A stretch of DNA of 64,000 nt from Gammaproteobacteria bacterium (GTDB taxonomy: Bacteria > Pseudomonadota > Gammaproteobacteria > JAKBBU01): assembly GCA_021773195.1 (NCBI GenBank), contig JAJFKN010000004.1:8605-72604 (forward strand), read 5' to 3'. This document shows positions 30,810-42,700 of this stretch, one piece after another. Each line of letters begins with the position of its first letter. Position 1 is the stretch's first letter. The position numbers were made by a program, and so were the translations under genes. Below the pieces are notes generated by a model that saw only the letters and a list, made by a program, of their open reading frames with translations, had not been told where the DNA came from and made no database searches.

Positions 30810-33458
30810 TTATTTCACCATATTGCGCAATACGTAATGGAGAATACCGCCGTTGCGGTAATACTCTAATTCATCTTCCGTATCGATGCGTGATTGCAGG
30901 GTGATGCTTTCACTGCTGCCATCTTGGCGCGTAATCTTAGCTTGCACTTGGGCTCTTGGACGCAGGTCGTCATTGAGACCTAGGATATCCACAGTTTCCG
31001 AGCCATCTAAGTTTAAACTACTGCGGGTTTGCCCCTTAGTGAATTCAAAGGGAATTACACCCATACCAATCAAGTTGGAACGATGAATGCGCTCGAAGCT
31101 TTCGGCAATTACCGCTTTAACCCCTAGCAATACCGTACCTTTCGCCGCCCAGTCACGGGAAGATCCAGTACCGTATTCTTTACCGGCGATGACTACTAAC
31201 TCAGTGCCTTCTTCTTGATAGCGCATAGCAGCATCATAAATGGCTAACTGCTCGCCGGAAGGAATGTGTTTGGTATAACCGCCTTCAACGCCAGGTACCA
31301 TTTCATTGCGGATACGAATATTGGCAAAGGTACCGCGCATCATGACTTCGTGATTACCGCGACGTGAACCGTAGGAGTTGAAGTCTTTTACTTTGACACC
31401 ATGATCCATGAGGTATTTGCCGGCAGGACTGTCGGTTTTAATGGCGCCAGCAGGGGAGATATGATCCGTGGTGACACTATCGCCCAATAACGCTAATAGC
31501 CGTGCGGATTTTACTTCTTTAATGGGATTGGTTTGTTTGCTCATACCTGTGAAATAGGGGGGATGCTTCACGTAAGTGGATTCATCTTGCCATTCATAGG
31601 TTTTATTAGCGGTAACAGCAATGGCTTGCCAATCGGCGTCGCCACTGAATACATCGCTGTATTGAGACTGGAACATTTCACGGTTGATGACTTGGCTTAC
31701 TTCCGCTGCTACTTCTTCGTTGGAAGGCCAAATATCTTTGAGATAAACGGGTTTGCCGTCTTTATCTTCGCCCAAGGGATCCTTGGCTAAATTAATGCGC
31801 GTGGTGCCGGCTAAACCAAAGGCAACTACCAATGGTGGTGAGGCTAACCAGTTGGCTTTTACTTGGGGATGCACGCGACCTTCAAAGTTACGATTACCCG
31901 ATAAAACAGAAGACACCACTAAGTCGCCTTCATCAATGGCATTGGCCACAGGCTCAGGCAGAGGACCGGAATTACCAATACAAGTGGTGCAACCATAGCC
32001 TACCAAGTTATAACCCAATTGGTTTAAATAATCTTGCAGGCCAGCTTTTTCTAAATATTCTGTTACCACTTTGGAGCCGGGGGCTAAAGAGCTTTTCACC
32101 CAGGGTTTGTTGGTTAAGCCTCTTTCTATGGCTTTTTTCGCTACCAAACCCGCAGCCATTAAAGCACTAGGGTTGGATGTATTGGTACAGCTGGTGATTG
32201 CCGCAATAACCACATCACCGTGGCTGAGTTCATAACCTTCGCTGGTTTTTACTTTTTTATTTGCATCATCTTTTTTACCGGCATCTTGTAAGGTTTTATC
32301 AAAAGCTGTAGACATGTCTGATAGTATAACGCGATCCTGAGGGCGTTTGGGGCCAGCTAAGCTGGGCTCTACGGTACTTAAATCTAAACTTAATACATCG
32401 GTGTAAACAGGCTCTTCTGCATTGGCATCGCGCCAGAGGCCTTGGGCTTTGGCATAAGCTTCCGTTAGGGCAATGATTTCTTCATCACGACCCGTGAGGT
32501 GCATGTAATTAATAGTTTCATCATCCACGGGGAAGAAACCACAAGTGGCACCATATTCAGGCGCCATGTTAGCGATGGTGGCACGGTCGGCTAGAGGTAA
32601 ATGATCCAAGCCTGGGCCAAAGAACTCGACGAATTTACCTACAACGCCGCGCTTACGCAGCATTTCTGTAATGGTTAACACTAAATCGGTAGCAATAATA
32701 CCTTCTTGCAATTCGCCATAGAGACGTACGCCGATGACTTCGGGAATCACCATAGTAATAGGCTGGCCAAGCATAGCGGCTTCAGCTTCAATACCGCCAA
32801 CCCCCCAACCTAAGACACCTAGGCCATTGATCATGGTGGTATGGCTGTCGGTACCTACTAAGGTATCGGGATAAGCGGTGATGCTACCGTTTTCTTCTCG
32901 CTGCCAAACCACATTGGCTAAGTATTCGAGATTGACTTGGTGACAAATCCCCGTGCCTGGAGGAACAACGCGGAAATTACTAAAGGCTTTTTGCCCCCAA
33001 CGTAAAAACTCATAACGTTCATGGTTTCGCGTCATTTCATGTTCTACGTTAATACGAAAGGCATTGCTGCTACCAAACTGATCCACTTGCACGGAATGAT
33101 CGATGACTAAATCTACAGGAATAAGGGGATTAATTTTGTTGGTGTCGCCTTTCAATGTTTCCGTAGCCACGCGCATGGCGGCTAAATCCACGACAGCAGG
33201 TACGCCAGTGAAATCCTGCATGAGTACGCGAGCAGGGCGGTAGGCAATTTCTTTATTTGAGGTTTTATCTTTGAGCCATTGGGCCATGGCTTGAATGTCT
33301 TCTTCTTTAACAGACTGGCCATCCATGTTACGCAATAAATTTTCCGCAACCACTTTTAGAGAGTAGGGAAGCGATGATAAATCCACAGGGGCGTCGGGCA
33401 GGCTGTAGTAATTATAGTTTTTGCCATTGACGGTAAGGGTTTTTGCGGTGGATTTCAT
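30810..33458 (-). CDS. acnA: Aconitate hydratase AcnA
   Basis: [58 protein letters not shown]; ATG 33458 with AAGGAG (the track extension to 33602 runs through a repeat element). Confidence 0.97.
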   Translation of the reverse strand: MKSTAKTLTVNGKNYNYYSLPDAPVDLSSLPYSLKVVAENLLRNMDGQSVKEEDIQAMAQWLKDKTSNKEIAYRPARVLMQDFTGVPAVVDLAAMRVATETLKGDTNKINPLIPVDLVIDHSVQVDQFGSSNAFRINVEHEMTRNHERYEFLRWGQKAFSNFRVVPPGTGICHQVNLEYLANVVWQREENGSITAYPDTLVGTDSHTTMINGLGVLGWGVGGIEAEAAMLGQPITMVIPEVIGVRLYGELQEGIIATDLVLTITEMLRKRGVVGKFVEFFGPGLDHLPLADRATIANMAPEYGATCGFFPVDDETINYMHLTGRDEEIIALTEAYAKAQGLWRDANAEEPVYTDVLSLDLSTVEPSLAGPKRPQDRVILSDMSTAFDKTLQDAGKKDDANKKVKTSEGYELSHGDVVIAAITSCTNTSNPSALMAAGLVAKKAIERGLTNKPWVKSSLAPGSKVVTEYLEKAGLQDYLNQLGYNLVGYGCTTCIGNSGPLPEPVANAIDEGDLVVSSVLSGNRNFEGRVHPQVKANWLASPPLVVAFGLAGTTRINLAKDPLGEDKDGKPVYLKDIWPSNEEVAAEVSQVINREMFQSQYSDVFSGDADWQAIAVTANKTYEWQDESTYVKHPPYFTGMSKQTNPIKEVKSARLLALLGDSVTTDHISPAGAIKTDSPAGKYLMDHGVKVKDFNSYGSRRGNHEVMMRGTFANIRIRNEMVPGVEGGYTKHIPSGEQLAIYDAAMRYQEEGTELVVIAGKEYGTGSSRDWAAKGTVLLGVKAVIAESFERIHRSNLIGMGVIPFEFTKGQTRSSLNLDGSETVDILGLNDDLRPRAQVQAKITRQDGSSESITLQSRIDTEDELEYYRNGGILHYVLRNMVK

Positions 33459-33515
33459 ATGTGCTCCTTGAATTGTCGTTACATGAATAACCCCTGGCCT
33501 GTGCCAATCAATGCT

Positions 33516-33619
33516 GGTCCGAAGATCTGAGTTTGTAAAACACGGCGTGAATACATCCCTGTAGCCTTCGTGCCCGCGTCCCTGCGGGCAAGAGTTTTCC
33601 AAACTCAGATCTTCGGCCC
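33516..33619. repeat. 104-bp palindromic REP/MITE-like element upstream of acnA
   Basis: 26-bp inverted repeats 33516-33541 and 33594-33619 (24/26 match) plus an inner hairpin TGCCCGC-GTCCCT-GCGGGCA at 33571-33590. Confidence 0.8.
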
Positions 33620-33685
33620 GCTTTGATGCTCGAAGGTCATTCTGAAATTATTATTGACTAATATTAGGTCAATTGATATCCGTCA

Positions 33686-34774
33686 TTATAGCATTTTTTC
33701 TCGGCTATCGATAATTCCACCGCCAAGGCAGATAGGGCCATCATAGAAAACGATGGATTGTCCTAAGGTTACAGCCCATTGGGGTTCTGGGAAGCTTACG
33801 TTGATGCTTTTGGGGCCGAGGGATTCTATGGTGCAAGGTGCCGCTTCTTGCCGATAGCGGGTTTTTGCTTGATAAGTCTTGGTTAAATCCGGCGCACTAG
33901 CGGCCACCCAATGCAATTGACAGCAGGTTAATTGTTGTGACAACAGTAGGGGATGATTGTGGCCTTGACCCACGATCAGACGATTATTCGTCAAATCCTT
34001 TTCTAATACGTACCAAGGTTCGTCCGTCGCGGTTTTTTGCCCACCGATACCTAACCCCTGCCGTTGACCAATAGTGTAATACATTAAACCATCGTGTTGG
34101 CCTATGACAGCACCATCTACAGTACATATCGATCCTGGTTGCGCGGGCAAATAACAGCTGAGAAATTCTTTGAATTTTCTTTCGCCGATAAAACAAATGC
34201 CTGTGCTGTCTTTTTTAGCGTGATTAATAAAACCTTGTGCTTTAGCGATTTCACGGATTTTTGGTTTGTGTAATTGCCCCAGGGGAAATAGACTTTGTGA
34301 AAGGGGTGTTTGCCCTAATGTATAAAGAAAATAACTTTGATCTTTATTAGAATCTTCGCCCTTCAATAGATAGAATTGGCCGTCACGTTCTTCGATTCCA
34401 GCGTAATGTCCCGTAGCAATGTAATCTGCCCCTAGTTCACGGGCATAATCTAAAAAGGCTTTGAATTTAATTTCTTTATTGCATAGGATATCAGGGTTAG
34501 GTGTGCGCCCTTGGCGATATTCTTCAAGAAAATATTCAAAAACATGGTCCCAGTATTCGGCGGCGAAGTTTACTTTCTTTAATTCAATGCCGAGTTTGTC
34601 ACACACTGCTTGAGCATCAGCTGCATCTTCTGCGGCTGAGCAGTAATCTTGGGTATCGTCTTCTTCCCAATTTTTCATAAATAGGCCTGAAACTTCATAG
34701 CCTTGTTGTTTTAAGAGATAGGCCGTGACCGAGGAATCCACCCCGCCGGACATACCTACGATGACCTTTTTCAT
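33686..34774 (-). CDS. mnmA: tRNA-specific 2-thiouridylase MnmA
   Basis: [45 protein letters not shown] motifs. Confidence 0.97.
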   Translation of the reverse strand: MKKVIVGMSGGVDSSVTAYLLKQQGYEVSGLFMKNWEEDDTQDYCSAAEDAADAQAVCDKLGIELKKVNFAAEYWDHVFEYFLEEYRQGRTPNPDILCNKEIKFKAFLDYARELGADYIATGHYAGIEERDGQFYLLKGEDSNKDQSYFLYTLGQTPLSQSLFPLGQLHKPKIREIAKAQGFINHAKKDSTGICFIGERKFKEFLSCYLPAQPGSICTVDGAVIGQHDGLMYYTIGQRQGLGIGGQKTATDEPWYVLEKDLTNNRLIVGQGHNHPLLLSQQLTCCQLHWVAASAPDLTKTYQAKTRYRQEAAPCTIESLGPKSINVSFPEPQWAVTLGQSIVFYDGPICLGGGIIDSREKML

Positions 34775-34846
34775 AATCGCTCATAATTTAACCCATTCAG
34801 GGTTGGTATTATACACCAGAATGGTCGAAATTTGACGATAACTTAC

Positions 34847-34943
34847 GTCATCCCAGAATTTTTTATGGCGTGGCAAGCCGTAAAAAATATCCGTGATCCA
34901 TAGAGCATTCGATGTTCTGGATTCCCGCCTTCGCGGGAATGAC
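34847..34943. repeat. REP-doublet-like element with GTCA...TGAC ends and a dRS3-like core
   Basis: Left unit GTCATCCCAGAATTTTTTATGGC...GCCGTAAAAAATATCCGTGATCC; right unit TGGATTCCCGCCTTCGCGGGAATGAC, containing ATTCCC-N8-GGGAAT. Confidence 0.8.
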
Positions 34944-34990
34944 GTTAGGGAATGGGGAATGACGTTAGGGAATGGGGAATGCCGTTAGGG
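34935..34990. repeat. 20-bp tandem repeat (~2.8 copies)
   Basis: GGGAATGACGTTAGGGAATG at 34935 and 34955, variant partial copy at 34975. Confidence 0.92.
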
Positions 34991-35107
34991 TTTGCAAAAA
35001 TGGGAGCCTCGCTTCACATTGTTTTTGTATGCCAAATAAAAGTTCATCCACATCTGGGGAGGGTGGCCAGAACTCGGAGTAAATATATAGGATGGCTCTG
35101 TCAAATA

Positions 35108-35116
35108 TGATACAAT
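35108..35116 (+). promoter_or_regulatory. Extended -10 element for icd
   Basis: TGaTACAAT, 39 nt upstream of the icd ATG. Confidence 0.45.
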
Positions 35117-35154
35117 GTGGCACTTTCAATTAACTGTATAAATGAGGCGCTCCA

Positions 35155-36414
35155 ATGGCATTTGACAAAATTAATGTACCCAGCGATGCTGAAACCGTCA
35201 CGTTGAATCAAGACGGTTCTTTAAACGTACCCAGTAATCCGATTATTCCCTTTATCGAAGGTGATGGTATCGGTGCTGATATTACTCCTGTGATGCGTAA
35301 GGTCGTGGATGCAGCAGTAGCCAAAGCTTATGCTAATGAGCGCGCTATTGCATGGATGGAAATTTACGCCGGCGAAAAAGCCACCCAAGTGTATGGCGAA
35401 GACGTGTGGTTGCCCGATGAAAGTTTAGAAGCCATCAAACAATTTGTGGTCTCCATTAAAGGTCCTTTAACCACACCTGTGGGTGGTGGTATTCGTTCTT
35501 TAAATGTGGCCATTCGCCAACGTTTGGATTTATATACTTGTTTACGTCCTGTACGTTATTTTGATGGCACCCCAAGCCCAGTGAAAGCACCGGAGAAAAC
35601 CAACATGGTTATTTTCCGTGAAAATTCTGAAGACATTTACGCTGGGATTGAATGGCAAGCAGGTTCAGCAGATGCTAAAAAAATCATTGATTTTATGAAA
35701 AACACCATGGGTGTAGAAAAAATTCGTTTTACAGAAGATTGCGGTATCGGTGTGAAACCCGTTTCTAAAGAAGGCACTTGTCGTTTGGTGCGTGCAGCCA
35801 TGCAATACGCTATCGATAATGATCGTGATTCAGTTACTCTCGTGCACAAGGGTAATATTATGAAATTCACCGAAGGCGCTTTTAAAGATTGGGGTTATGA
35901 ATTAGCGGTAAATGAATTTTCGGCCAAACCACTTGATGGTGGACCTTGGCATGTATTTAAGAACCCTAATACAGGCAAAGATATTATTGTTAAAGATGTC
36001 ATTGCCGATGCCTTCCTACAACAAATTCTATTACGTCCTGAAGAATACAGTGTCATCGCCACATTGAATTTAAATGGTGATTATATTTCTGATGCTTTAG
36101 CTGCTCAAGTGGGTGGGATTGGCATTGCGCCCGGTGCAAATATTGGTGCAGACTGTGCTGTATTTGAAGCAACGCATGGTACGGCGCCCAAGTACGCTGG
36201 GCAAGATAAAGTGAATCCTGGCTCTTTGATTCTGTCGGCTGAAATGATGTTACGCCATTTGGGCTGGACGGAAGCAGCAGACTTGATTATTAAGGCAATG
36301 GAAGGGGCGATTTCGGCGAAGACTGTTACCTACGATTTCGAACGCTTGATGGATAACGCCAAGCTGCTGACCTGTTCACAGTTCGGCGACGCCATGATAG
36401 AGAAAATGGTCTAG
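35155..36414 (+). CDS. icd: NADP-dependent isocitrate dehydrogenase (dimeric type)
   Basis: [55 protein letters not shown] motifs. Confidence 0.97.
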   Translation: MAFDKINVPSDAETVTLNQDGSLNVPSNPIIPFIEGDGIGADITPVMRKVVDAAVAKAYANERAIAWMEIYAGEKATQVYGEDVWLPDESLEAIKQFVVSIKGPLTTPVGGGIRSLNVAIRQRLDLYTCLRPVRYFDGTPSPVKAPEKTNMVIFRENSEDIYAGIEWQAGSADAKKIIDFMKNTMGVEKIRFTEDCGIGVKPVSKEGTCRLVRAAMQYAIDNDRDSVTLVHKGNIMKFTEGAFKDWGYELAVNEFSAKPLDGGPWHVFKNPNTGKDIIVKDVIADAFLQQILLRPEEYSVIATLNLNGDYISDALAAQVGGIGIAPGANIGADCAVFEATHGTAPKYAGQDKVNPGSLILSAEMMLRHLGWTEAADLIIKAMEGAISAKTVTYDFERLMDNAKLLTCSQFGDAMIEKMV

Positions 36415-36887
36415 GGAATGCTCTTTACTCTAATTTGCTGGGCCTATGCGTTCTGATTTTCTGCTTTTCTGCGGCTCATTGACTAGCGAGTCAATAGCGC
36501 TATATTACACGAAAGTCAGAGCCATAGCCCTTAGCAAAGCGAATAGAGGACGTCTCCCCGTTCTTTGTACAGTGAGAACTGTTTTCACCGTGAGAGATAT
36601 ACTGGGTAAGGAGTTTCCAAGCCCCATATTCAACTGATAAATCAGTATGTTATAAGAATAATCCTGCGGTTATGAGTAAATAATGACTGCATCCAAATAA
36701 AGAAAACTTTTTGCACACGCCTGGTTGTTATTCTTCCATAATGCTTGGATATTGAACGTTTATCGATTATTTTCACCTAAATAGCCCTTTTTTACTGAAA
36801 AACTAAGGGAAGTTTCCTAAAATTACAGGTAAGCAGGGCAATAAAACATGGGCTAAGGTTATCAATAGATTTTTTGGAACAAAACCC

Positions 36888-37199
36888 ATGGAAAGTAAAC
36901 CGACAAGAGTGAGCCAAGAGGATGTTCATCCCTGTAAGGATGAAGACAGCGCACCTTTGTATCGGGTTGTCATTGCCAATGATGATTTCACGCCTATGGA
37001 TTTTGTGGTGGAAGTTTTGCAAGGTTTTTTTGGTCTGCAACGTCATATGGCCATTCAAACTATGTTGCAAGTACATGCGTCAGGACAGGGAAGCTGTGGC
37101 GTATTCACCCATGATGTGGCTGAGAGCAAGATTGCTCAGGTACAGCGTTATGCCAAAAAATACGAGTACCCATTGTATTGCACCATGGAACAGGTTTAG
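36888..37199 (+). CDS. clpS: ATP-dependent Clp protease adaptor ClpS
   Basis: YRVVIANDDFTPMDFVVEVL, MLQVH, CGVFTHDVAE, YPLYC motifs. Confidence 0.95.
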   Translation: MESKPTRVSQEDVHPCKDEDSAPLYRVVIANDDFTPMDFVVEVLQGFFGLQRHMAIQTMLQVHASGQGSCGVFTHDVAESKIAQVQRYAKKYEYPLYCTMEQV

Positions 37200-37226
37200 G
37201 TCTAGGCCTAACTATTGGGGATTGTT

Positions 37227-39506
37227 ATGTTGAACAACGAGCTTGAAATTACTTTAAATCTCTCTTTCAAAGAAGCGAAAGAGAAACGTCATGAATTTAT
37301 GACTGTGGAACATTTGTTGCTGGCGTTATTAGATAACACAGCAGCAGCCGAAGTGCTACGTGCCTGCGGTGCGGATATGATTCGGTTACGCATGGAATTG
37401 GGGAGTTTTATTAATGAAACAACACCCATTATTCCAGATTCCGAAACAGAGCGGGAAACACAGCCCACCTTAGGGTTCCAGCGCGTATTGCAAAGAGCAG
37501 TATTTCACGTGCAATCAGCAGGGAAAAGCGAAGTTAGTGGTGCTAATGTATTGGCTGCCATTTTTAGTGAGCAAGATAGCCAAGCTGTATATTTCTTGAA
37601 AAAAGAGAATATTTCGCGCTTGGATGTCGTGAATTATATTTCCCACGGTATTTCCAAAATGCATGGTATGGATGATGGCTTGGAGCAAGAAGATCCCATG
37701 CCACCTTCTTTAGGTGAAGAGGATGATAGAGATGGAACTCTAACAAGCCCTCTAGAAGCCTATGCAACAAATTTGAACTCTCAAGCACGCCAAGGTTTGA
37801 TAGATCCTTTAATTGGCCGTGAACATGAAGTAGAGCGCTGTATTCAAATTCTCAGTCGCCGCCGTAAAAATAATCCTCTTTTAGTGGGTGAAGCTGGTGT
37901 GGGTAAAACTGCGATTGCCGAAGGTTTGGCAAAAATGATCGTGGAAGACAAAGTGCCTGAAGTTATTAAGGGTGCGATAGTCTATTCCTTAGATTTAGGC
38001 AGTCTGTTAGCAGGCACCAAATATCGCGGTGATTTTGAAAAACGTTTAAAAGCCTTACTGAGCCAATTAAATAATAAGAAAGGTGCCATATTGTTTATTG
38101 ATGAAATCCATACCATTATTGGTGCAGGTGCGGCATCAGGTGGTGTCATGGATGCATCAAATCTCATTAAACCGCTACTGGCTAACGGAAAATTACGTTG
38201 CTTGGGCTCCACGACTTATTCCGAATACCGAGGTATTTTTGAAAAAGATCGCGCTTTAGCACGTCGCTTCCAAAAGGTTGATGTGGAAGAACCGGATGTG
38301 GATGCAACCTTTAGAATTTTACAGGGTTTGAAAGATCGTTTCGAAACACATCATGGTGTGAAATATACAGTAGGTGCTCTACGCACAGCAGCAGAATTGG
38401 CGGGTCGTTATATTAATGATCGCTATATGCCTGACAAAGCTATCGATGTGGTGGATGAAGCGGGTGCTTTTCAAGCGTTGCAACCTGCTAGCAAACGTAA
38501 AAAAATTATCAATGTAGGGGATATCGAGCGTATTGTAGCTAACATAGCACGCATACCCCCTAAGACGATTTCAAAATCCGATAAAGAAGTGTTGCAACAT
38601 TTAGATCGAGACTTACGTATGATGATCTTTGGGCAAAATACGGCAATTAAAGGGCTGGTTTCTGCTATTAAATTAACTCGTTCAGGTTTAGGCGATCCCA
38701 ACAAGCCTGTGGGTTCCTTCTTGTTTTCGGGTCCAACAGGCGTGGGTAAAACAGAAGTTACGAAGCAATTATCAGATTTGATGGGCGTTAAACTATTACG
38801 TTTTGACATGTCAGAATACATGGAAGCACATTCTATTTCTAGGCTTATTGGTGCCCCTCCAGGATATGTGGGTTTCGAGCAGGGTGGTTTGTTAACGGAA
38901 AACGTCACCAAACATCCTCATTGTGTTTTATTGTTGGATGAAATTGAAAAAGCTCATCCTGATATATACAATATTCTTTTACAAGTGATGGACCATGGGA
39001 CCTTGACTGATAGTAATGGTCGAGAAGCGGATTTTCGTAATGTCATTCTGGTCATGACAACCAATGCTGGCGCTCAAGTCATGAGTCGTCAAAGCATTGG
39101 TTTTACCGAGCAAGATCATTCTTTTGATGGTGTTGATGCTATCAAGAGTCAATTCCCACCGGAATTCCGTAACCGTTTGGATGCCGTTATTCAATTTGCG
39201 CCATTATCAGCAGAAACCATTAACAATGTGGTTGATAAGTTATTGGCTGAATTGGATGAACAGCTGCGCTCACAGGGCGTTAGCCTGAATGTAACGGCAC
39301 AAGCGCGTCAATGGCTAGCCGAAAATGGTTATGATGTGAAGATGGGTGCTAGACCCATGGCACGCCTCATTACCGATGTCATTAAGAAACCCTTGTCCGA
39401 TGAGCTGCTCTTTGGCCGTCTCGCGTCGGGCGGTGATGCTACAGTGGATTTGGAAAGCGGTAAGCTGAAAATTTCCTTTGCTGAAGAAGAGCACGCCGGT
39501 TCATAG
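37227..39506 (+). CDS. clpA: ATP-dependent Clp protease ATP-binding subunit ClpA
   Basis: [15 protein letters not shown]-domain; two Walker A motifs GEAGVGKT and GPTGVGKT; RFDMSEY, GARPM. ATG 37227 preferred. Confidence 0.97.
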   Translation: MLNNELEITLNLSFKEAKEKRHEFMTVEHLLLALLDNTAAAEVLRACGADMIRLRMELGSFINETTPIIPDSETERETQPTLGFQRVLQRAVFHVQSAGKSEVSGANVLAAIFSEQDSQAVYFLKKENISRLDVVNYISHGISKMHGMDDGLEQEDPMPPSLGEEDDRDGTLTSPLEAYATNLNSQARQGLIDPLIGREHEVERCIQILSRRRKNNPLLVGEAGVGKTAIAEGLAKMIVEDKVPEVIKGAIVYSLDLGSLLAGTKYRGDFEKRLKALLSQLNNKKGAILFIDEIHTIIGAGAASGGVMDASNLIKPLLANGKLRCLGSTTYSEYRGIFEKDRALARRFQKVDVEEPDVDATFRILQGLKDRFETHHGVKYTVGALRTAAELAGRYINDRYMPDKAIDVVDEAGAFQALQPASKRKKIINVGDIERIVANIARIPPKTISKSDKEVLQHLDRDLRMMIFGQNTAIKGLVSAIKLTRSGLGDPNKPVGSFLFSGPTGVGKTEVTKQLSDLMGVKLLRFDMSEYMEAHSISRLIGAPPGYVGFEQGGLLTENVTKHPHCVLLLDEIEKAHPDIYNILLQVMDHGTLTDSNGREADFRNVILVMTTNAGAQVMSRQSIGFTEQDHSFDGVDAIKSQFPPEFRNRLDAVIQFAPLSAETINNVVDKLLAELDEQLRSQGVSLNVTAQARQWLAENGYDVKMGARPMARLITDVIKKPLSDELLFGRLASGGDATVDLESGKLKISFAEEEHAGS

Positions 39507-39536
39507 TGTTCTAATCTCCTGACTCTCTCAAGCGTT

Positions 39537-39566
39537 ATCAGGGCCTTTTAGGCCCTGATTTATTTT
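39537..39566 (+). terminator. Rho-independent terminator after clpA
   Basis: ATCAGGGCC-TTTTA-GGCCCTGAT 9-bp stem followed by TTATTTT. Confidence 0.75.
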
Positions 39567-39737
39567 ACAGTTAGCATATAATTTAACCTTAAAGTTTAAA
39601 GTTGACTCAATTTTACAGAAACTCAATGAGTTTTCATTGGCCTTTGGTCAATGGGTTAGATAAAATGCACAGTTGTTGCAGCATCACATTTTGCGCAATA
39701 TATTATAATTTTTATACAAAAAGCATAGGGGGAAATC

Positions 39738-42700
39738 ATGCCTGGAAGTCGCCAAAAGCTTTCTATGAAAGAGCCTTTTATATTCAATAGAGTCAAATAC
39801 TGCCATGAGGTACGCTTGTGGAATCTTACTGATTTTTCCAATTCTGAAATTAAAGTATTTATGGATTCGGATATTTCTCGTTATTCAGGTCGGCGACTCT
39901 ATTCTGAGGATGCTGTGCGAGATGCCATCGCAGGCTTAGCTCAACACCCCGATCCTCACGTGAGAGCAGTGTCAGAACGGGTCATTGGTGATATTGAGCA
40001 AGGAAATTTAGTTATCTTTGCTCACAATGAACATAATGTAAAAACCAATGCATCTTCACGTTGGATACATCCTTCAAATTCAACACCATTAGGCACAATA
40101 GAACGTACGATTGATGGGGTAAAGGTGCCGGTACCTTATGTTGAAGTACGAATTCCCTATAGTTCTGAGAATAGACATGGTCAGATGAGCGATCACCTGC
40201 ATGTTAAAGAGATGCAAGAAAATCTGTATGCAGCCTTCTATCAACATTATGCCTATCAAACAACAGGCAAGATCAATACCCCACTGCACAAACTAAACTC
40301 TGATAATGTTTATACTTTGCGCTTAGAGAAGCCCCCTGAGCCATCTCATACCGTGGCTGATGAAGAAGTCACAATTGAAGTAAGTGATGCCAATTATGAA
40401 GATATGGCCCCTTTTGTCTTAAACGTGCAAGAAGAAGGCGTGGTTGGTCGGTTTGATCAATGTTATAAGGGCATAATCTATCATGAAAAAGATGCAAATA
40501 TAAGGGCGTTTCTTGAGGCTTATGAAATAATTGAGAAAATTAATCCTCGTCTTCACGCATTGATAGAATATCTATTCCAAGAGAAAAAATTAGCATTGTT
40601 CCTTTCCCGATCTTCTCATCCACAATTTAGTGTGGGTAATAGACACTGGCATGTACATCGTCGTGTCTCAGCTGGAGAATATGAGGAAGGTATTTTCCAA
40701 ATTGCCGATGCCTGTATCTGCATTACATCCATTGAGCAGTTAACGGCAGAAGAAATAGAGAGGGTATTGCTTACAGAATTTCTTTCGTATCATGAAAGTT
40801 TGTCATCGGTTGCGCAAAATAAATTGCTGGTTAAGCAATTAAGACGAAATTATCTGCGGGATTTGGCTGATGTGCTTGAATCGAATGATTTATCACTTAG
40901 CCAAGTAATGAGAAATGCATCGAATTTACAGTTGCCACTAGGTTTTAGTGAGTTATTCACATTGCCACTGATGCAATTGCGTGCATCTTATTCTCATTGT
41001 TTCCATAACCTTTGTCACGTTCTCCCCCAGATGGAAAGTGAATGGCCATTATTTGAAATAAAATTCAATCAAATTTTGCAAGAAATTATTCAGGGTGGAC
41101 AACAAACGTTAGAACTTGAAGCTAACTTAGAAAAACATTTTGAGGAATTATTTTCAGATAAAAATAGCTACATTGTTGGCATGCAAAAAGAACTTTTTAT
41201 TGAGAGGCTTGCCCAAACACTGCAGGATTTCTGGGAAAATTTACCAGGTAAAGTGGTGGCGGCTAGTCTGAGCTCAGAAAACGCTGCACGCCTAGCTAGA
41301 AGATGTATGGGAACGATTGAAGATTATTGTGTTCAAGCTCATCCCGAGTTGCCCATGAAGCGTCCAGATTTATTGGACAATGGTGTTAGACAATTGGGCT
41401 ATACAGCGACGGAATCAGAATCTTCTACTTCGGATGCTATTGATGAAACAGTTGCTGACACACCTCAGATAGAAGAGGGGGCGCGCGAAAGCCTTGAGTC
41501 CCAAGCAGAGTCGGAAAGTTCTACCTCTGCTATTGATGAGGCGGTTGCAGAAACGGCTGAAGCATCGGAAGTCATGCAAGAGTCCGTGCCAAGGCCCTTG
41601 GTTATAGACGATGAAGAATTTAGCCTTTGTATAGGTAATCATTTCTTCCAAGAAGATAGTCAACGGCAGATTTTTAATGAAGTTATGGATTTTATTAAAG
41701 AGAAAAACCTTGAGCTCTATGAAAAACTACTGCATTGTAATCAAAATGGCTTGCTTACCCTATTGTTACATAGTGCTGAAGATAAAGCTTCAGTATACGG
41801 TCATTGTGAAGACTTAGTAACCTACGGTGATGAGGTTATTGCCATGGCCTTACAGGGACATTATCTACGTCTCAATGTTCAAGGCGCTTCTATTCAGCAA
41901 TTAGCGGAAGCTATTGCCATTGGTTTTCATCAGTTTGAGTGCATGCAAGCAACTGGCACAGTCTATTTCCTCAATAATCACCCTAATCAAATAGCTCTTA
42001 TTGATAAAGTCTACAGTGACCAATTGAGTTATTTGTTCAGGAATAGACCCCGGGAATACAGTTTAGACTTTACCCATGAAGTTTTGTATACAGAAAACAG
42101 CGTGCAGGAGGTCATGGTCGCTCGTCCCATGCTGGCATTCAACCAATATATGCAGCAGGCGCTTCAGTCCATCAGTGATGAGTTAGATTTAGAACTTAGC
42201 CCTGAGAGAATTAATGATCTCATTAAGCAGATGAATCGCTTATATACCACTAAAGAGGACGATAATGAAGTAAATGAACTTGCACCAGTACTCAGCTTGT
42301 CTCAAGATGCAAGATTATCACCCCTCTTAAGAGAAGCTTATGAGCAAGCGCGCTTAGTACGTGCCATGCACTATCAAGCTAGCCTTGCCTTAGCAAGAAC
42401 ACTCTACTCTGGGGTTTTAAATGCTACCATGATGAATGTGTCGAGCTTACATGATATTTTATCCTTTTTAGAACCCGATGAAATCGTGCCAAATGTTCAT
42501 GAGTGCTATGAGAAAATAGACAGAAGTACACGTCGCTCAGGCGGTGGCTTTTCTGACGATGATAGGCGCCCACCAGGTGGAGGAAGTGGCAGTGCAGTCA
42601 AAGACCAAAAAATAAAGATTGATCTATGGAAAAATGAAATTGAATTTTCACAAAAACTTTCCGGCGACCGAGCGCAAGCTTTAATTCTTCGTCGCCAGGC

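Noticed and set aside
33459-33602. N-terminal extension of AcnA in the ORF track
   Set aside because: It runs through the palindromic element, and a strong SD supports ATG 33458.
34935-34990. Mini-CRISPR array
   Set aside because: Contiguous 20-bp tandem units without spacers, derived from a REP end.
36500-36540. cspD remnant (minus-strand AKGYG)
   Set aside because: The surrounding frame reads SSIRFAKGYGSDFRVI*, lacking KWFN and GFI, with no usable start. Probably coincidental.
36446-36637. 63-aa ORF in the icd-clpS gap
   Set aside because: The translation given actually reads on the plus strand despite the minus label; no SD or recognisable motif.
39570-39610. PmrA box upstream of the giant gene
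   Set aside because: TTAA motifs are spaced 6, 7 and 13 nt rather than the 11-nt direct-repeat period; only one good half-site.
39507-39737. tRNA or att site at the accessory-block boundary
   Set aside because: No tRNA fold or matching direct repeat was seen here or at the cheR-infA junction.
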